NCBI GenBank assembly: GCA_964650005.1
Contig: CAZYPZ010000013.1
Span: 8,942 to 72,941, forward strand
From: an uncultured bacterium
GTDB taxonomy: Bacteria; Armatimonadota; HRBIN16
DNA: 64,000 bases
Direction: 5' to 3'
The position numbers and the translations under genes were made by a program. The notes beneath the pieces are model-generated. The model was not told the origin of the DNA. It was given only the letters and a program-made list of their open reading frames with translations, and did no database searches. Below, piece by piece: positions 24,314-34,929 of the stretch (its first letter is position 1; the number at the start of each line of letters is the position of its first letter).

Positions 24314-24724
24314 ATGCCTGTCACCGATCCGATTGCGGATCTGCTTACACGCATTCGCAACGCCAATATGGCCTATCATGACTCGCTGGAGCTGGACAGT
24401 TCGAAGATCAAGGTCGAAGTGTGCAAGATCCTGAAGGACGAGGGCTATATCAAAGGCTTTGAGCTGATCGACGCGCAGCCTCAGCCCCGGCTGAGGGTGT
24501 TCATGAAGTTTGGCCCGCGCCGCGGTCCGACCCGTGAACGCGCCATCACCAATTTGAAGCGCGTCAGCAAGCCCGGCCTGCGCATATATCGCAAAGCGGC
24601 AGAACTGAAACCCGTGCTGCGCGGTTTTGGCATCGCCATTATCAGCACCTCGAAAGGTTTGATGACCGACCGTGAGGCCCGAAAGCAGGGCTACGGCGGT
24701 GAAGTCATCGCCGAGGTCTGGTGA
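24314..24724 (+). CDS. rpsH: 30S ribosomal protein S8
   Basis: [17 protein letters not shown]... Confidence 0.95.
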   Translation: MPVTDPIADLLTRIRNANMAYHDSLELDSSKIKVEVCKILKDEGYIKGFELIDAQPQPRLRVFMKFGPRRGPTRERAITNLKRVSKPGLRIYRKAAELKPVLRGFGIAIISTSKGLMTDREARKQGYGGEVIAEVW

Positions 24725-24758
24725 TCGGGACAGCTAGCGGACAGGAGGAGACGTAAAG

Positions 24759-25331
24759 ATGTCACGGATTGGAAAGTTGCCAATCGCCCTTCCCGCCGGC
24801 GTCCAGGTCGACTGGCAGCCGGGGCACATCACCGTGAAGGGCCCCAAAGGCGAACTCTCACGAGACCTGCCAGTGGATATCACGGTACGGCAGGAAGACT
24901 CGACGCTCTATGTAGAGCGACCCACCGATGCACGGCACCATAGAGCCCAGCACGGTCTGGTGCGGTCTTTGGTAAACAACATGGTCACCGGTGTGTCAAC
25001 GGGATTCTCCAAGACACTTGAAGTGATCGGCGTTGGATATCGCGCCCAGTTGGATGGCCCGAATCTGGTGCTTAATCTGGGACTGTCCCATCAGGTCGTC
25101 ATGGAGCCGCTGGAAGGTGTCAGTTTCCAGGTGGGAATCGACACAAATACACGTATGCCCTTCGTCGTGGTCAGCGGCGCGAATAAGGAAAATGTGGGAC
25201 AGCAGTGCGCGTTGATCCGCAGGTATCGCCCGCCCGAACCGTACAAGGGCAAGGGCATACGTTTCCGCGGTGAGCAGATCCGCCGGAAGGCCGGTAAGGC
25301 TGGAAAAGCCGGCGCCAAGGGGAAGAAGTAG
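24759..25331 (+). CDS. rplF: 50S ribosomal protein L6 with a Lys/Ala/Gly-rich C-terminal tail
   Basis: [15 protein letters not shown]... Confidence 0.95.
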   Translation: MSRIGKLPIALPAGVQVDWQPGHITVKGPKGELSRDLPVDITVRQEDSTLYVERPTDARHHRAQHGLVRSLVNNMVTGVSTGFSKTLEVIGVGYRAQLDGPNLVLNLGLSHQVVMEPLEGVSFQVGIDTNTRMPFVVVSGANKENVGQQCALIRRYRPPEPYKGKGIRFRGEQIRRKAGKAGKAGAKGKK

Positions 25332-25333
25332 CC

Positions 25334-25711
25334 ATGATTAAGCATAAGAAGATGGCCGAACGTCAGCGCAGCCGGCTGCTGCGGCATGCGCGAGTACGCA
25401 AGCGGGTGTCCGGTACCGCTGAACGCCCACGCATGTGCGTATTTCGCAGCCTGCAGTACCTGTATGTGCAGCTGATCGATGACACAGCAGGTCACACCGT
25501 GTGTGCGGCATCCTCATTGGAGCCCGCTCTCAAAGAGTCGTTGGAGCACACTGACAATATGGAGGCGGCCGTAGCCGTCGGAAAACTGATCGCGGAGCGC
25601 GCGATTGCCAAAGGCATCACCTCCGTCGTGTTCGACCGCGCCGGTTTCCGGTATCACGGTCGAATCAAGGCGCTGGCCGATGCCGCCCGGGAAGGAGGGC
25701 TGGTGTTTTAA
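25334..25711 (+). CDS. rplR: 50S ribosomal protein L18
   Basis: Standard L18 sequence. Confidence 0.93.
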   Translation: MIKHKKMAERQRSRLLRHARVRKRVSGTAERPRMCVFRSLQYLYVQLIDDTAGHTVCAASSLEPALKESLEHTDNMEAAVAVGKLIAERAIAKGITSVVFDRAGFRYHGRIKALADAAREGGLVF

Positions 25712-25713
25712 CG

Positions 25714-26256
25714 ATGGCAAGAGTCAACCCTGATACCCTCAACCTGACCGAGAGCGTGGTGAAAACCAATCGGGTGCAGAAGACACACAAGGGTGGTCGC
25801 ACCATGAGTTGGAACTCGCTGGTGGTTGTTGGCGATGGCGAAGGACACGTGGGCGCCGGCTTAGGCAAGGCGCGCGCTATCCCGGATGCCGTTCGCAAAG
25901 GCACCGAAGATGCCCGTAAACGCTTGATCGAAGTACCCATTTTGGGGCACACGATCCCGCATGACGTGGTTGCCTCCTTCGGTTCGTCCACCATAGTGTT
26001 GCATCCAGCCGCTCCTGGTACGGGTGTTGTTGCCGGAACCGCTTGCCGCGCGATCCTGGTAGCGGCGGGCGTGCAGGATGTGCTGGCCAAATGCATCGGC
26101 AGCACCAATGCAATCAACGTGGCTTGGGCGACCATGAAGGCGCTGAAGTCGTTGCGCCGCGTCGAGGACGTCGCTTCCATGCGCGGTAAGGATCCCGCCA
26201 AGCTGGTGCCGTGGGCGCGTAAATATGGGATCGGTGAGTCGGAGGCTGCTGAATGA
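25714..26256 (+). CDS. rpsE: 30S ribosomal protein S5
   Basis: Standard S5 sequence. Confidence 0.95.
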   Translation: MARVNPDTLNLTESVVKTNRVQKTHKGGRTMSWNSLVVVGDGEGHVGAGLGKARAIPDAVRKGTEDARKRLIEVPILGHTIPHDVVASFGSSTIVLHPAAPGTGVVAGTACRAILVAAGVQDVLAKCIGSTNAINVAWATMKALKSLRRVEDVASMRGKDPAKLVPWARKYGIGESEAAE

Positions 26257-26453
26257 AGCTGAAGATCACGCTGGTCAAGAGCCCAATTGGATACTCAGAG
26301 CGCCAGAAACGCACGGTGCTGGCGCTGGGGCTGCGGAAGATGAACCATACCGTCTTGCAGCCTGATAACGACGCCATTCGCGGCATGGCCTTCAAGGTTC
26401 GCCATCTGGTGAAGCTGGAAGAGGTTGCCGACGAACAGGCAGGGGAGGCGTAA
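26253..26453 (+). CDS. rpmD: 50S ribosomal protein L30
   Basis: [29 protein letters not shown]... Confidence 0.92.
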   Translation: MKLKITLVKSPIGYSERQKRTVLALGLRKMNHTVLQPDNDAIRGMAFKVRHLVKLEEVADEQAGEA

Positions 26454-26900
26454 ATGAGCGTTCTTCACTTACTGGGCCCCAATCCGGGTGCAGTCAAGAA
26501 GGGTGAGCGCAAAGGTCGCGGTATCGGTACCGGAAACGGTAAGACCGCTGGCCGGGGAACCAAGGGGCAGCGGGCGCGCAACAAGGTGCGAGCGCAATTC
26601 GAAGGTGGGCAGACACCGCTGCATCGGCGCCTGCCGCGCAAGAAGGGCTTCCGTAATCCGAACCATGTGGAGTACTCGGTGCTCAACGTGGGCGACTTGG
26701 AGAACTGGTTCGAGAGTGGAGCGGAGGTCAACATCGAGACATTGATGGCGTGCGGAGCGATCGGCACCCTCAAAAACGGCGGCGTGAAGATCCTGGGTGA
26801 TGGCGAACTGACTGTCCCGCTGACCGTAAAGGTACATGCGTGCAGCAAATCCGCTATCGAGAAGATCCAAGCCGCTGGCGGTACTGTGGAGGCCATATAA
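26454..26900 (+). CDS. rplO: 50S ribosomal protein L15
   Basis: Standard L15 sequence. Confidence 0.93.
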   Translation: MSVLHLLGPNPGAVKKGERKGRGIGTGNGKTAGRGTKGQRARNKVRAQFEGGQTPLHRRLPRKKGFRNPNHVEYSVLNVGDLENWFESGAEVNIETLMACGAIGTLKNGGVKILGDGELTVPLTVKVHACSKSAIEKIQAAGGTVEAI

Positions 26901-26903
26901 CAG

Positions 26904-28187
26904 ATGCTGGAGTCGTTAGTTGCGGCATGGCGCCTTCCTGATCTCAGGAAGCGCATTCTGTTCGTGTTCGGCGCATTCGCTGTATATACGCTGGGGTTGC
27001 ACATACCCGTTCCGGGGATCAACCACGCGGCTCTCGAAAAGCTGTTCGCGTCGGGCGCCATGTTTGGTCTGATCGACGTGTTCTCCGGCGGGGCGCTGCG
27101 TAAGTTCACGATCTTCGCCATGGGCATCGTGCCGTATATTAACGCCTCCATCATCATGCAGTTGCTGATTGCCGCCATACCGGCGTGGAAAGAGCTGCAG
27201 AAAGAGGGGCAGACCGGTCAGAAGGAGCTCAACAAAAAGACCCGTTACCTTACGGTCGCCTTGGCGTTCTTTCAATCGCTGGGAATCAGCACCATGTTCC
27301 TGCACGGCGGTATTCTCACCGCCGGTCCGGTTCAGCTGGTATTCACATGTGTCGTACTGACAGCCGGCACCATGTTCCTGCTGTGGTTGGGCGAGCAGAT
27401 CACTGAACACGGTCTGGGTAACGGAGTATCGTTGATTATCTTCTGCAGTATCACCGCCTCACTGCCATGGCAGGTGGCCAAGGTGTTGGAGCAGGCCAGC
27501 GTTACCAGCTATCTTAGCCTGCTTGCGCTCGCGGTGCTGTTCCTTGCCACCATCGTGGGAATCGTGTATGTCACGCAGGCAAGCCGCAAGATACCCATAC
27601 AGCACGCCCGTCGGGTGGTGGGTATGCGCCAGATGGGCGGTCACAGCAGCTATCTGCCGTTGAAGATCGCCATGGCCGGCGTGATCCCGATCATCTTTGC
27701 CATTTCGCTTCAGCTGCTGCCGATGACCATTCTGTCCGCCATACCGGGAGATGAGGGGTTCATCGGTACATTGAAGATGCTTTCACACCGGTTGAGCCCG
27801 GGTGACAATCCGGTAGCGTTGTTGCTGTATGCCGGGATCATCATGCTGTTCACCTACTTCTATACAGCTGTGCAGTTTGATGTGAACGACATCGCCGATA
27901 ACCTGAAGAAGCATGGCAGTTATATCCCAGGGATCCGTCCGGGAAAGCCCACATCTGACTATCTGGACAAGGTGATCACGCGGATCACTTTCGCCGGTGC
28001 GTTGTTCCTGGCCGCAGTGGCGGTTATTCAATACGTCGCGCCGGGACTGACCGGCGTGAACATCGGCACGTTCTCGTTGATTGGCGGTACCTCTCTGCTG
28101 ATTATGGTGGGAGTGGCGCTTGAGACCATGCAGAGTATCGAGGCGCAGCTGATGATGCGCAACTACGAAGGATTCTTGAAGGACTAG
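26904..28187 (+). CDS. secY: Preprotein translocase subunit SecY
   Basis: 427 aa, 10-TM SecY; in the conserved position. Confidence 0.95.
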   Translation: MLESLVAAWRLPDLRKRILFVFGAFAVYTLGLHIPVPGINHAALEKLFASGAMFGLIDVFSGGALRKFTIFAMGIVPYINASIIMQLLIAAIPAWKELQKEGQTGQKELNKKTRYLTVALAFFQSLGISTMFLHGGILTAGPVQLVFTCVVLTAGTMFLLWLGEQITEHGLGNGVSLIIFCSITASLPWQVAKVLEQASVTSYLSLLALAVLFLATIVGIVYVTQASRKIPIQHARRVVGMRQMGGHSSYLPLKIAMAGVIPIIFAISLQLLPMTILSAIPGDEGFIGTLKMLSHRLSPGDNPVALLLYAGIIMLFTYFYTAVQFDVNDIADNLKKHGSYIPGIRPGKPTSDYLDKVITRITFAGALFLAAVAVIQYVAPGLTGVNIGTFSLIGGTSLLIMVGVALETMQSIEAQLMMRNYEGFLKD

Positions 28188-28196
28188 GACAGACGA

Positions 28197-28850
28197 ATGA
28201 TCTGGATACTACTGGGCGCACCAGGCTCGGGCAAGGGCACGCAGGCAGAACGGCTGCGCGATGAATTCGGTCTGAAGACCATCTCTACCGGAGATATGTT
28301 GCGGCAAGCCATGGCTTCAGGCAGTGAATTGGGCCGACAGGTGGAAGGGATCGTCAAGAGCGGCGCATTGGTGCCGGATGAGTTGATCTCCAGCGTACTG
28401 CAGGCGCGTCTGGAGTCAGAAGGCATCGGAGCCGGGGTGATTTTGGATGGTTTTCCCCGTACGGTACCGCAGGCAGACTTGCTGGACAAAATGATTGAAG
28501 CCAACCAATGGAAATTGGGCGGCGCCATCCTGTGTGACGTGCCTGTAGACGTGGTCGTTCGACGCCTGGGCGGCCGGCGAATGTGTGCACGTTGCGGACA
28601 GGGATATCATGTGGAGACGCTTCCGCCTGCCGTCGAAGGCATCTGTGACAAGTGCGGCGGTGAACTGATTATCCGGGCGGACGATGCTCCGGATGCCATC
28701 AGGAAGCGTATGGCTGTCTATGAAGAGCAGACAGCCCCGTTGATAGATCTGTACAGAAGCCGCAATCTGTTGCATGTGGTCGACTCGTCAGATGATGTGG
28801 ACAGCGTGCATCAGCGGATGCGCCAGCTGTTCATCGGGTTGACTGGCTGA
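28197..28850 (+). CDS. adk: Adenylate kinase (zinc-lid type)
   Basis: ILLGAPGSGKGTQA P-loop and a CxxC...CxxC lid. Confidence 0.95.
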   Translation: MIWILLGAPGSGKGTQAERLRDEFGLKTISTGDMLRQAMASGSELGRQVEGIVKSGALVPDELISSVLQARLESEGIGAGVILDGFPRTVPQADLLDKMIEANQWKLGGAILCDVPVDVVVRRLGGRRMCARCGQGYHVETLPPAVEGICDKCGGELIIRADDAPDAIRKRMAVYEEQTAPLIDLYRSRNLLHVVDSSDDVDSVHQRMRQLFIGLTG

Positions 28851-28851
28851 C

Positions 28852-29604
28852 ATGGTCATACTGAAGACCGCAGAGGAGATCGACAAGATGCGTCGTGCAG
28901 GACGCATCGTCGCTCAAGTGCTGCGGCAGCTCAGCGAGATGATCGAACCGGAAGAGACCACCACGGGCGATCTGGATGTGCTCGCAGAGCAGATTTGTCG
29001 GAATCACGGCGTGGAAGCCGCGTTCAAGGGTTACCGGGGATATCCGGCCAGTTTATGCACATCCGTGAATGAACAGGTGGTGCATGGTATCCCGGGTGCC
29101 AGAAAACTGCGTAACGGCGACATACTGGGCATGGATTTCGGCGTAAAACTGGATGGATGTTACGCGGACGCAGCCATAACCGTTCCCATTGGCGATGTGA
29201 GCGAGCAGGCCAGACGGTTGATCGATGTGACCCGTGAATCCCTGTATAAGGGTATAGCTGCTGCCGTTCCGGGTAACACGCTGGGAGATATCGGCGCCGC
29301 CATACAAAGCCATGTTGAAGCGGCTGGCTTTCATGTGGTGCGTGACCTGGTGGGACACGGTGTGGGCTTGAGCCTTCACGAAGATCCGTCCGTTCCCAAT
29401 GTGGGAAAGCCCGGCCAGGGCGCCCAACTGAAACCGGGAATGACGCTGGCGATTGAACCAATGATCAACGCCGGTACGTGGAGGGTACGTTACCTGTCCG
29501 ATCGCTGGACGGTCGTTGCGCAAGATGGAGGGCTATCGGCCCATTTTGAACACACCATCGCCATCCGTGAGGACGGCAATGAGATTCTGACTCTGGAGGA
29601 CTAG
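28852..29604 (+). CDS. map: Methionine aminopeptidase type I
   Basis: Standard MetAP-I sequence. Confidence 0.93.
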   Translation: MVILKTAEEIDKMRRAGRIVAQVLRQLSEMIEPEETTTGDLDVLAEQICRNHGVEAAFKGYRGYPASLCTSVNEQVVHGIPGARKLRNGDILGMDFGVKLDGCYADAAITVPIGDVSEQARRLIDVTRESLYKGIAAAVPGNTLGDIGAAIQSHVEAAGFHVVRDLVGHGVGLSLHEDPSVPNVGKPGQGAQLKPGMTLAIEPMINAGTWRVRYLSDRWTVVAQDGGLSAHFEHTIAIREDGNEILTLED

Positions 29605-29610
29605 TGCCTG

Positions 29611-29871
29611 GTGAGACAAAAACGGACACCGCGTCGAACCGAAACACAGACCGACGACAAAGAGCGCGGACTTCAGATGGAAGGCACCGTGGTCGAAACA
29701 CTGCCGAACGCGATGTTTCGCGTGCAGGTCGGTGAGGGACATGTGGTGCTGGCGCATGTCTCGGGAAAGATGAGGATGCACTTCATCAAGATCCTTCCCG
29801 GTGACCGCGTAGCGGTGGAGTTGTCGCCATATGATCTCTCCAGAGGACGGATTACCTATCGATATAAGTAG
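29611..29871 (+). CDS. infA: Translation initiation factor IF-1, modelled with an N-terminal extension from a GTG start; an internal ATG at 29677 is an alternative
   Basis: [31 protein letters not shown]... Confidence 0.8.
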   Translation: MRQKRTPRRTETQTDDKERGLQMEGTVVETLPNAMFRVQVGEGHVVLAHVSGKMRMHFIKILPGDRVAVELSPYDLSRGRITYRYK

Positions 29872-29903
29872 ACTGCCGGCCTGGCGGGCCGGAATAGACG
29901 GAC

Positions 29904-29932
29904 TTGCCCGCGTGACACGAATCCGATATAAT
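29904..29932 (+). promoter_or_regulatory. Sigma-70-type promoter for the rpmJ/alpha operon: TTGCCC, 17-nt spacer, TATAAT
   Basis: Perfect -10 TATAAT (29927-29932) with -35 TTGCCC at 17-nt spacing, followed by the same post -10 block seen at the rpoB promoter. Confidence 0.45.
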
Positions 29933-30002
29933 TATTGTTTGCGTGTCGCATGAGGCCAAAGGGCCCCGGGGCAGGCCAGAAACGCTAAGAGGTTCACACA
30001 GG

Positions 30003-30119
30003 ATGAAAGTCAGAGCATCCGTAAAAAAGATGTGCGCCGACTGTAAGATCATCCGACGCGAAGGCGTTGTGAGGGTGATCTGCAAGCGGTATCCCAAGCA
30101 CAAACAGCGACAAGGCTAA
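30003..30119 (+). CDS. rpmJ: 50S ribosomal protein L36 (zinc-ribbon type); absent from the ORF track because it is under 60 aa
   Basis: [38 protein letters not shown] read directly from the sequence. Confidence 0.9.
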   Translation: MKVRASVKKMCADCKIIRREGVVRVICKRYPKHKQRQG

Positions 30120-30130
30120 GGAGGCAGCAT

Positions 30131-30505
30131 TTGGCACGCATAGCGGGAATCGATCTTCCCCGGGATAAGCGAGTCGAGTATGCGCTTCCGTACATATACG
30201 GGATCGGTTTGACCTCCTCTCGCAAGATCCTGACTCAGTGCGGAATCGACTACTCGACACGCGTACGCGATCTGAGCGACACAGAGATCGCCCGGCTTCG
30301 CGAAGTGATAGAGAACGAGTACCGTATCGAGGGTGAACTGCGCCGTGAAGTTCAGATGAATATCCGGCGCCTGATGGAGATAGGGTGCTACAGAGGGTTG
30401 CGCCACCGGAAAGGTCTGCCCGTACGTGGACAACGCACGCGCACCAACGCACGAACCCGCAAGGGCAAGAAGCGCACCGTGGGCACCCGCAAGGGCAAGA
30501 AGTAG
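30131..30505 (+). CDS. rpsM: 30S ribosomal protein S13
   Basis: [19 protein letters not shown]... Confidence 0.95.
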   Translation: MARIAGIDLPRDKRVEYALPYIYGIGLTSSRKILTQCGIDYSTRVRDLSDTEIARLREVIENEYRIEGELRREVQMNIRRLMEIGCYRGLRHRKGLPVRGQRTRTNARTRKGKKRTVGTRKGKK

Positions 30506-30523
30506 GCAGGAGGCGATCGATAA

Positions 30524-30919
30524 ATGGCTAAGAAAGTGACGGCCACCCGCCAAAAGGCGAAGCCGAAGAAGAACATTGCGCAGGGTGTTGCGCATATCAG
30601 TTCCACGTTCAATAACACGATCGTCTCCATCACCGATGTTCGCGGTGCTGTGATCTCCTGGTCCTCATCCGGACATGTCAACTTCAAGGGGTCACGCAAG
30701 AGCACTCCGTTCGCCGCTCAAATGGCTGCAGAAGATTGCGCGAAAAAGGCGATGGAGCATGGCGTTCGAAAAGTGGACGTGCAGGTGAAGGGACCTGGCC
30801 CAGGCCGGGAAACAGCCATCCGCGCCATTCAGGCTGCCGGTATCGATGTGATGTCGATCCGCGATGTGACCCCTGTTCCGCACAATGGATGTCGCCCGCC
30901 CAAGGCACGGCGCGTGTAA
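30524..30919 (+). CDS. rpsK: 30S ribosomal protein S11
   Basis: Standard S11 sequence. Confidence 0.95.
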   Translation: MAKKVTATRQKAKPKKNIAQGVAHISSTFNNTIVSITDVRGAVISWSSSGHVNFKGSRKSTPFAAQMAAEDCAKKAMEHGVRKVDVQVKGPGPGRETAIRAIQAAGIDVMSIRDVTPVPHNGCRPPKARRV

Positions 30920-30938
30920 CGCAGGAGAGGACTAACCT

Positions 30939-31574
30939 ATGTCAGTAAAAGAACCGCGGTGCCGACAGTGCCGACGTGAGGCCGCCAAGCTGTACCTGAA
31001 AGGTGACCGTTGCTATTCCAAAGCGTGTCCAATGGACCGCGAAGGACGACGTGAGCCGCCTGGACAGCACGGCGAGCGTGCGGCCATGAAGAAGTTGACC
31101 GAGTACGGCAAGCAGCTGCGCGAAAAGCAGAAATTGCGGCGCATCTACATGGTGGAAGAGGGCATCTTCCGGCGATATGTGAATGAAGCGGAGCGCCGCC
31201 AGGGCGTGGCCGGTGAGAACCTGTTGCAGCTGCTGGAAACCCGTCTAGATAACGTGATTTACCGGATGGGTTTGGCCGTATCACGCGCCCAGGCAAGACA
31301 GATCGTCGGGCATGGCTTTGTGGCGCTGAACGGTCGCAAAGTGGACGTGCCGTCCATTCAGGTGCGAGTTGGTGACGTCATCACCATTCGCGAGTCCAAG
31401 CGTAACTCAGTGTTGATTAAAAACGCCGTCGCCAACCGGCCCGCGAACTCGACGCCCGCATGGCTGGAGTTCTCGAACACCGAATATGAAGGACGCGTTC
31501 TCGCGTTGCCGACCCGCGATCAGATCAACACTGATGTTCGGGAGCAGGTCATCATCGAATTCTACTCCAGGTAA
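30939..31574 (+). CDS. rpsD: 30S ribosomal protein S4 (zinc-binding N-terminus)
   Basis: CRQCRREAAKLYLKGDRCYSKAC motif. Confidence 0.95.
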   Translation: MSVKEPRCRQCRREAAKLYLKGDRCYSKACPMDREGRREPPGQHGERAAMKKLTEYGKQLREKQKLRRIYMVEEGIFRRYVNEAERRQGVAGENLLQLLETRLDNVIYRMGLAVSRAQARQIVGHGFVALNGRKVDVPSIQVRVGDVITIRESKRNSVLIKNAVANRPANSTPAWLEFSNTEYEGRVLALPTRDQINTDVREQVIIEFYSR

Positions 31575-31676
31575 CGCCGGATGAGCCGTTCGCTTCGAGC
31601 AATCAGCTCGGAGTGTCGGCTAAGAAGACGGACCCTACCCGGAAACGGCGATGACAGGAGGCTATAGCCCGATATT

Positions 31677-32825
31677 ATGAATGACACGATAATCGGTCCT
31701 CGCATCAATATAGTCGAAATGAACGAGAGCTACGGCAAGTTCGTGGTTGAGCCGCTTGCACGTGGTTACGCCACGACGCTGGGCAACGCCATGCGGCGAG
31801 TCATGCTCAGCTCCGTGCCGGGCGCATCTGTGAGCGCCATTCAGATCGAAGGCGTGTTTCACGAGTTTTCGACGCTGCCGGGGGTCAAAGAAGATACAAC
31901 CGAACTGATCCTGAACCTCAAGGATGTATCGGTCAAAAGCTACAGGCAACTCGAGCCCAATGAATCCGTGATACTCGAGCTGGACGTGCAGGGCGAGGGG
32001 GTTGTGACCGCGGCGGACATCCGATGCCCCGAGGACATCGAGATTGTCAACCCGGAAGTCTACTTGTGTACGCTGAGCGGTGAAAACGCCAGGCTGCAGA
32101 TGCAGATACACGTTCAAACAGGCATCGGCTATGTGCTTCCTGACAAGGTGACGCTTCCTGCCAACATTCAAAACACCATCGGCGTCATTCCGATCGGTGC
32201 GCATTTTTCGCCGGTCGTCAAGGTGAACCACATCGTTGAGTCCACCCGCGTAGGCTTCCAGACCGACTTGGAGCGTCTGACCATCGAAGTCTGGACGAAT
32301 AACACCATCACACCGATCGAGGTGGTGCGTACCGCGGCGAACGTGCTGATATCGGCGTTTTCGCTGTTCACCAAGCTGGGTGAGTCCCGGGATCTGCAGA
32401 CTGTGCCCGGTTTGGAGAACGTTCCGGAGATCCCGCTGCAGCAGCTGGGATTCACGTCCCGCACTCAGAACTGCCTCAGTCGGGCGCAGTGCTCAACCCT
32501 GCGTGATCTGGTCTGCCTCAGTCAGACCGATCTGATGGGTATACGTAATTTCGGGGAAAAGTCGCTGCGTGAAGTCCGCGAAGTGCTGTATCAGCGGGGA
32601 TTGACGCTGCGTGGTGACAACTTGGAAAACGTACGCAAGGAGCTCTTCGCATCGGGCGGAAGCGATGTACCTATCGGCCTGGATACGTCCGCAGGCCAAG
32701 GGCAGACCGAGCCGATGCAGACCGATGACCAAGCGGTATCGGCCGGCGCAAGCCCCGCGGAAGCGTCGGTCGCTGAGGGCGCCGTTGACGACCAGACGGA
32801 CGGCCCTGAGACAAGTAAGGACTAG
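31677..32825 (+). CDS. rpoA: DNA-directed RNA polymerase subunit alpha with an acidic C-terminal extension
   Basis: Standard N-terminal and C-terminal domain blocks. Confidence 0.95.
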   Translation: MNDTIIGPRINIVEMNESYGKFVVEPLARGYATTLGNAMRRVMLSSVPGASVSAIQIEGVFHEFSTLPGVKEDTTELILNLKDVSVKSYRQLEPNESVILELDVQGEGVVTAADIRCPEDIEIVNPEVYLCTLSGENARLQMQIHVQTGIGYVLPDKVTLPANIQNTIGVIPIGAHFSPVVKVNHIVESTRVGFQTDLERLTIEVWTNNTITPIEVVRTAANVLISAFSLFTKLGESRDLQTVPGLENVPEIPLQQLGFTSRTQNCLSRAQCSTLRDLVCLSQTDLMGIRNFGEKSLREVREVLYQRGLTLRGDNLENVRKELFASGGSDVPIGLDTSAGQGQTEPMQTDDQAVSAGASPAEASVAEGAVDDQTDGPETSKD

Positions 32826-32837
32826 GAGACGCACGAG

Positions 32838-33191
32838 ATGAGACACCGAGTGGCACATCGGAAGCTGGGACTGCCCACGGATCAGCGCATGGCGCTGTTG
32901 CACGGGCTTGTTCAGCAACTGTTCATACATGAATCAATCAAGACAACCGTGACGCGTGCTAAAGAGGTTCAGCCGATTGCGGAGAAGATCATCACGCTGG
33001 CCAAGCGCGACGATCTTCACAGCCGGCGATTGGCATTTCGCATCCTGAAGGACGAGAGTCTGGTACGCCGGGTGTTCACGGAGATTACTCCGCGGTTCGC
33101 CAGCCGTAACGGTGGTTACACCCGCCGAGTGCGTCTGGGACAGCGCCGGGGTGATGCCGCGATGATCGCCCTTTTGGAGCTGGTGCAATAG
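32838..33191 (+). CDS. rplQ: 50S ribosomal protein L17
   Basis: MRHRVAHRKLGLPTDQRMALL... Confidence 0.95.
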   Translation: MRHRVAHRKLGLPTDQRMALLHGLVQQLFIHESIKTTVTRAKEVQPIAEKIITLAKRDDLHSRRLAFRILKDESLVRRVFTEITPRFASRNGGYTRRVRLGQRRGDAAMIALLELVQ

Positions 33192-33213
33192 CATCGGCTC
33201 CCCAGCCACCTGC

Positions 33214-33972
33214 ATGCGTCGTATTGCCGCGCTTGTGGAGTATGATGGAACCGCGTTCCATGGGTTCCAAACTCAGCGTAGTGAGCGTACTGTGCAGCAG
33301 GTGCTGGAGCAGGCAGTCAGCCGCATTACGGGAAGCCGGGTGCGGGTGACAGGCGCCGGAAGGACCGACGCCGGGGCCCACGCGGTGGGCCAAGTTGTGC
33401 ACTTTGATACGATAAGCAACATACCGGAGCACCGATGGGCTGATGCCCTGAACGCGGCGCTTCCACCGGATGTGTCTGTTCAGGGTTGCGCTGAAGTGGA
33501 GAGCTGTTTCCACGCGCGATTCAGCGCGATCGGACGGGAATACCGGTATTCGGTATGGAACAGCAGCAGACGTTCGGCCTGTCGCCGACTGCAAACCTGT
33601 CATGTCAGACATCCGCTGGACATTGAACGGATGGATCAGGCAGCGCGCATACTGCAGGGTGAATGGGATTTTCGGGGGTTTGCCAGTAATCCAGACAGAT
33701 ACCGTTCCACAATCCGGCGGGTGTTTTGCGCTCGGGTGACTGCTGAGGGACAACTGGTGGTATTCCGGATCGACGCGGAGGGTTTTCTGCAGGGAATGAT
33801 CCGGAGCATCATGGGAACGCTGATTCAGATCGGTTCCGGGCGTAGCGAGCCGGAATGTGTACAGGAGATCCTGGACACCGGTGACAGAGACAAAGCCGGA
33901 GCCTGTGTTCCGGCATGCGGGTTATGCCTGCACAGAGTTCGGTATCCGGGCGGTGGACCCCGGTGGCGATAG
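33214..33972 (+). CDS. truA: tRNA pseudouridine(38-40) synthase
   Basis: MRRIAALVEYDGTAFHGFQTQ...RTDAGAHA. Confidence 0.9.
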   Translation: MRRIAALVEYDGTAFHGFQTQRSERTVQQVLEQAVSRITGSRVRVTGAGRTDAGAHAVGQVVHFDTISNIPEHRWADALNAALPPDVSVQGCAEVESCFHARFSAIGREYRYSVWNSSRRSACRRLQTCHVRHPLDIERMDQAARILQGEWDFRGFASNPDRYRSTIRRVFCARVTAEGQLVVFRIDAEGFLQGMIRSIMGTLIQIGSGRSEPECVQEILDTGDRDKAGACVPACGLCLHRVRYPGGGPRWR

Positions 33973-34007
33973 CAACAGATGGAGCAACCAAAGGACGAGT
34001 GACCAAC

Positions 34008-34451
34008 ATGAAAACGTTTTCGACAAAGCCAAGTGATATCACGCGGCAGTGGTATGTCGTAGATGCAACGAACGTGCCGCTGGGGCGACTCGCTGTAGAG
34101 GTTGCCAAGATACTGCACGGCAAGCATAAGCCCATATTTGTGCCGAACTTGGATACGGGTGATCACGTCATCGTGATCAACGCCGGCAAGGTACGCCTGT
34201 CTGGGCGAAAGGCTGAAGAGCGTATCTACTGGCACACCCTCTGGCCCGGTGGCCTGCGATCGATCACCAAGGGCGATATGCTGGTGCGTAACGCCACAAA
34301 ACTGGTGCGGCGCAGTGTGAAAGGCATGCTGCCGAGCAATAAGTTGGGTGACGCCATGCTGACAAAGCTCAAGGTGTACGAGGGGGCTCAGCATCCGCAT
34401 GAGGCCCAGCAGCCCATCGAGTTGAAGATCGATGCACGGAATGGGGAGTGA
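34008..34451 (+). CDS. rplM: 50S ribosomal protein L13
   Basis: MKTFSTKPSDITRQWYVVDA.... The ORF-track start at 33915 overlaps truA and was trimmed to this Met. Confidence 0.92.
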   Translation: MKTFSTKPSDITRQWYVVDATNVPLGRLAVEVAKILHGKHKPIFVPNLDTGDHVIVINAGKVRLSGRKAEERIYWHTLWPGGLRSITKGDMLVRNATKLVRRSVKGMLPSNKLGDAMLTKLKVYEGAQHPHEAQQPIELKIDARNGE

Positions 34452-34458
34452 CGCATAG

Positions 34459-34854
34459 ATGGCAACCGCAATGAGACTGTATGCAACCGGACGCCGAAAG
34501 ACGGCGGTAGCCCGGGTGTGGGTGATGCCGGGAACCGGCAAGATCCAGATTAACGGCCGCGAGCTGAGCGAATATGTCGGCCGGAGGACGCTGGAAGTCA
34601 TGGTGATGCAGCCGTTTGAGGTGACCGGGACGGTTGGCCAGTTCAACGTTGTCGCCACCTGTAAAGGCGGTGGTATCAGCGGACATGCTGGCGCCGTGCG
34701 CCATGGCATCGCCCGAGCGTTGCAGGACATCAGCCCGGAAGCGTACCAAACGTTGCGTCGCGGTGGATACGTGACCCGGGACCCGCGGGTCAAAGAACGG
34801 AAGAAGTACGGTCTCAAGCGAGCCCGACGCGCCTTCCAGTGGTCCAAACGCTAA
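34459..34854 (+). CDS. rpsI: 30S ribosomal protein S9
   Basis: Standard S9 sequence. Confidence 0.95.
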   Translation: MATAMRLYATGRRKTAVARVWVMPGTGKIQINGRELSEYVGRRTLEVMVMQPFEVTGTVGQFNVVATCKGGGISGHAGAVRHGIARALQDISPEAYQTLRRGGYVTRDPRVKERKKYGLKRARRAFQWSKR

Positions 34855-34886
34855 CGCCTAACCGGCCTAACTGAACAACCGGCAGC

Positions 34887-34926
34887 CCTCGTCATTGCGG
34901 CGGGGGCTGCCGGCTTTGGGGAGGGA
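34887..34926 (+). terminator. Intrinsic terminator candidate after rpsI
   Basis: CCGGCAGCCC ... GGGGGCTGCCGG stem followed by CTTTGGGG. Confidence 0.5.
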
Positions 34927-34929
34927 GTC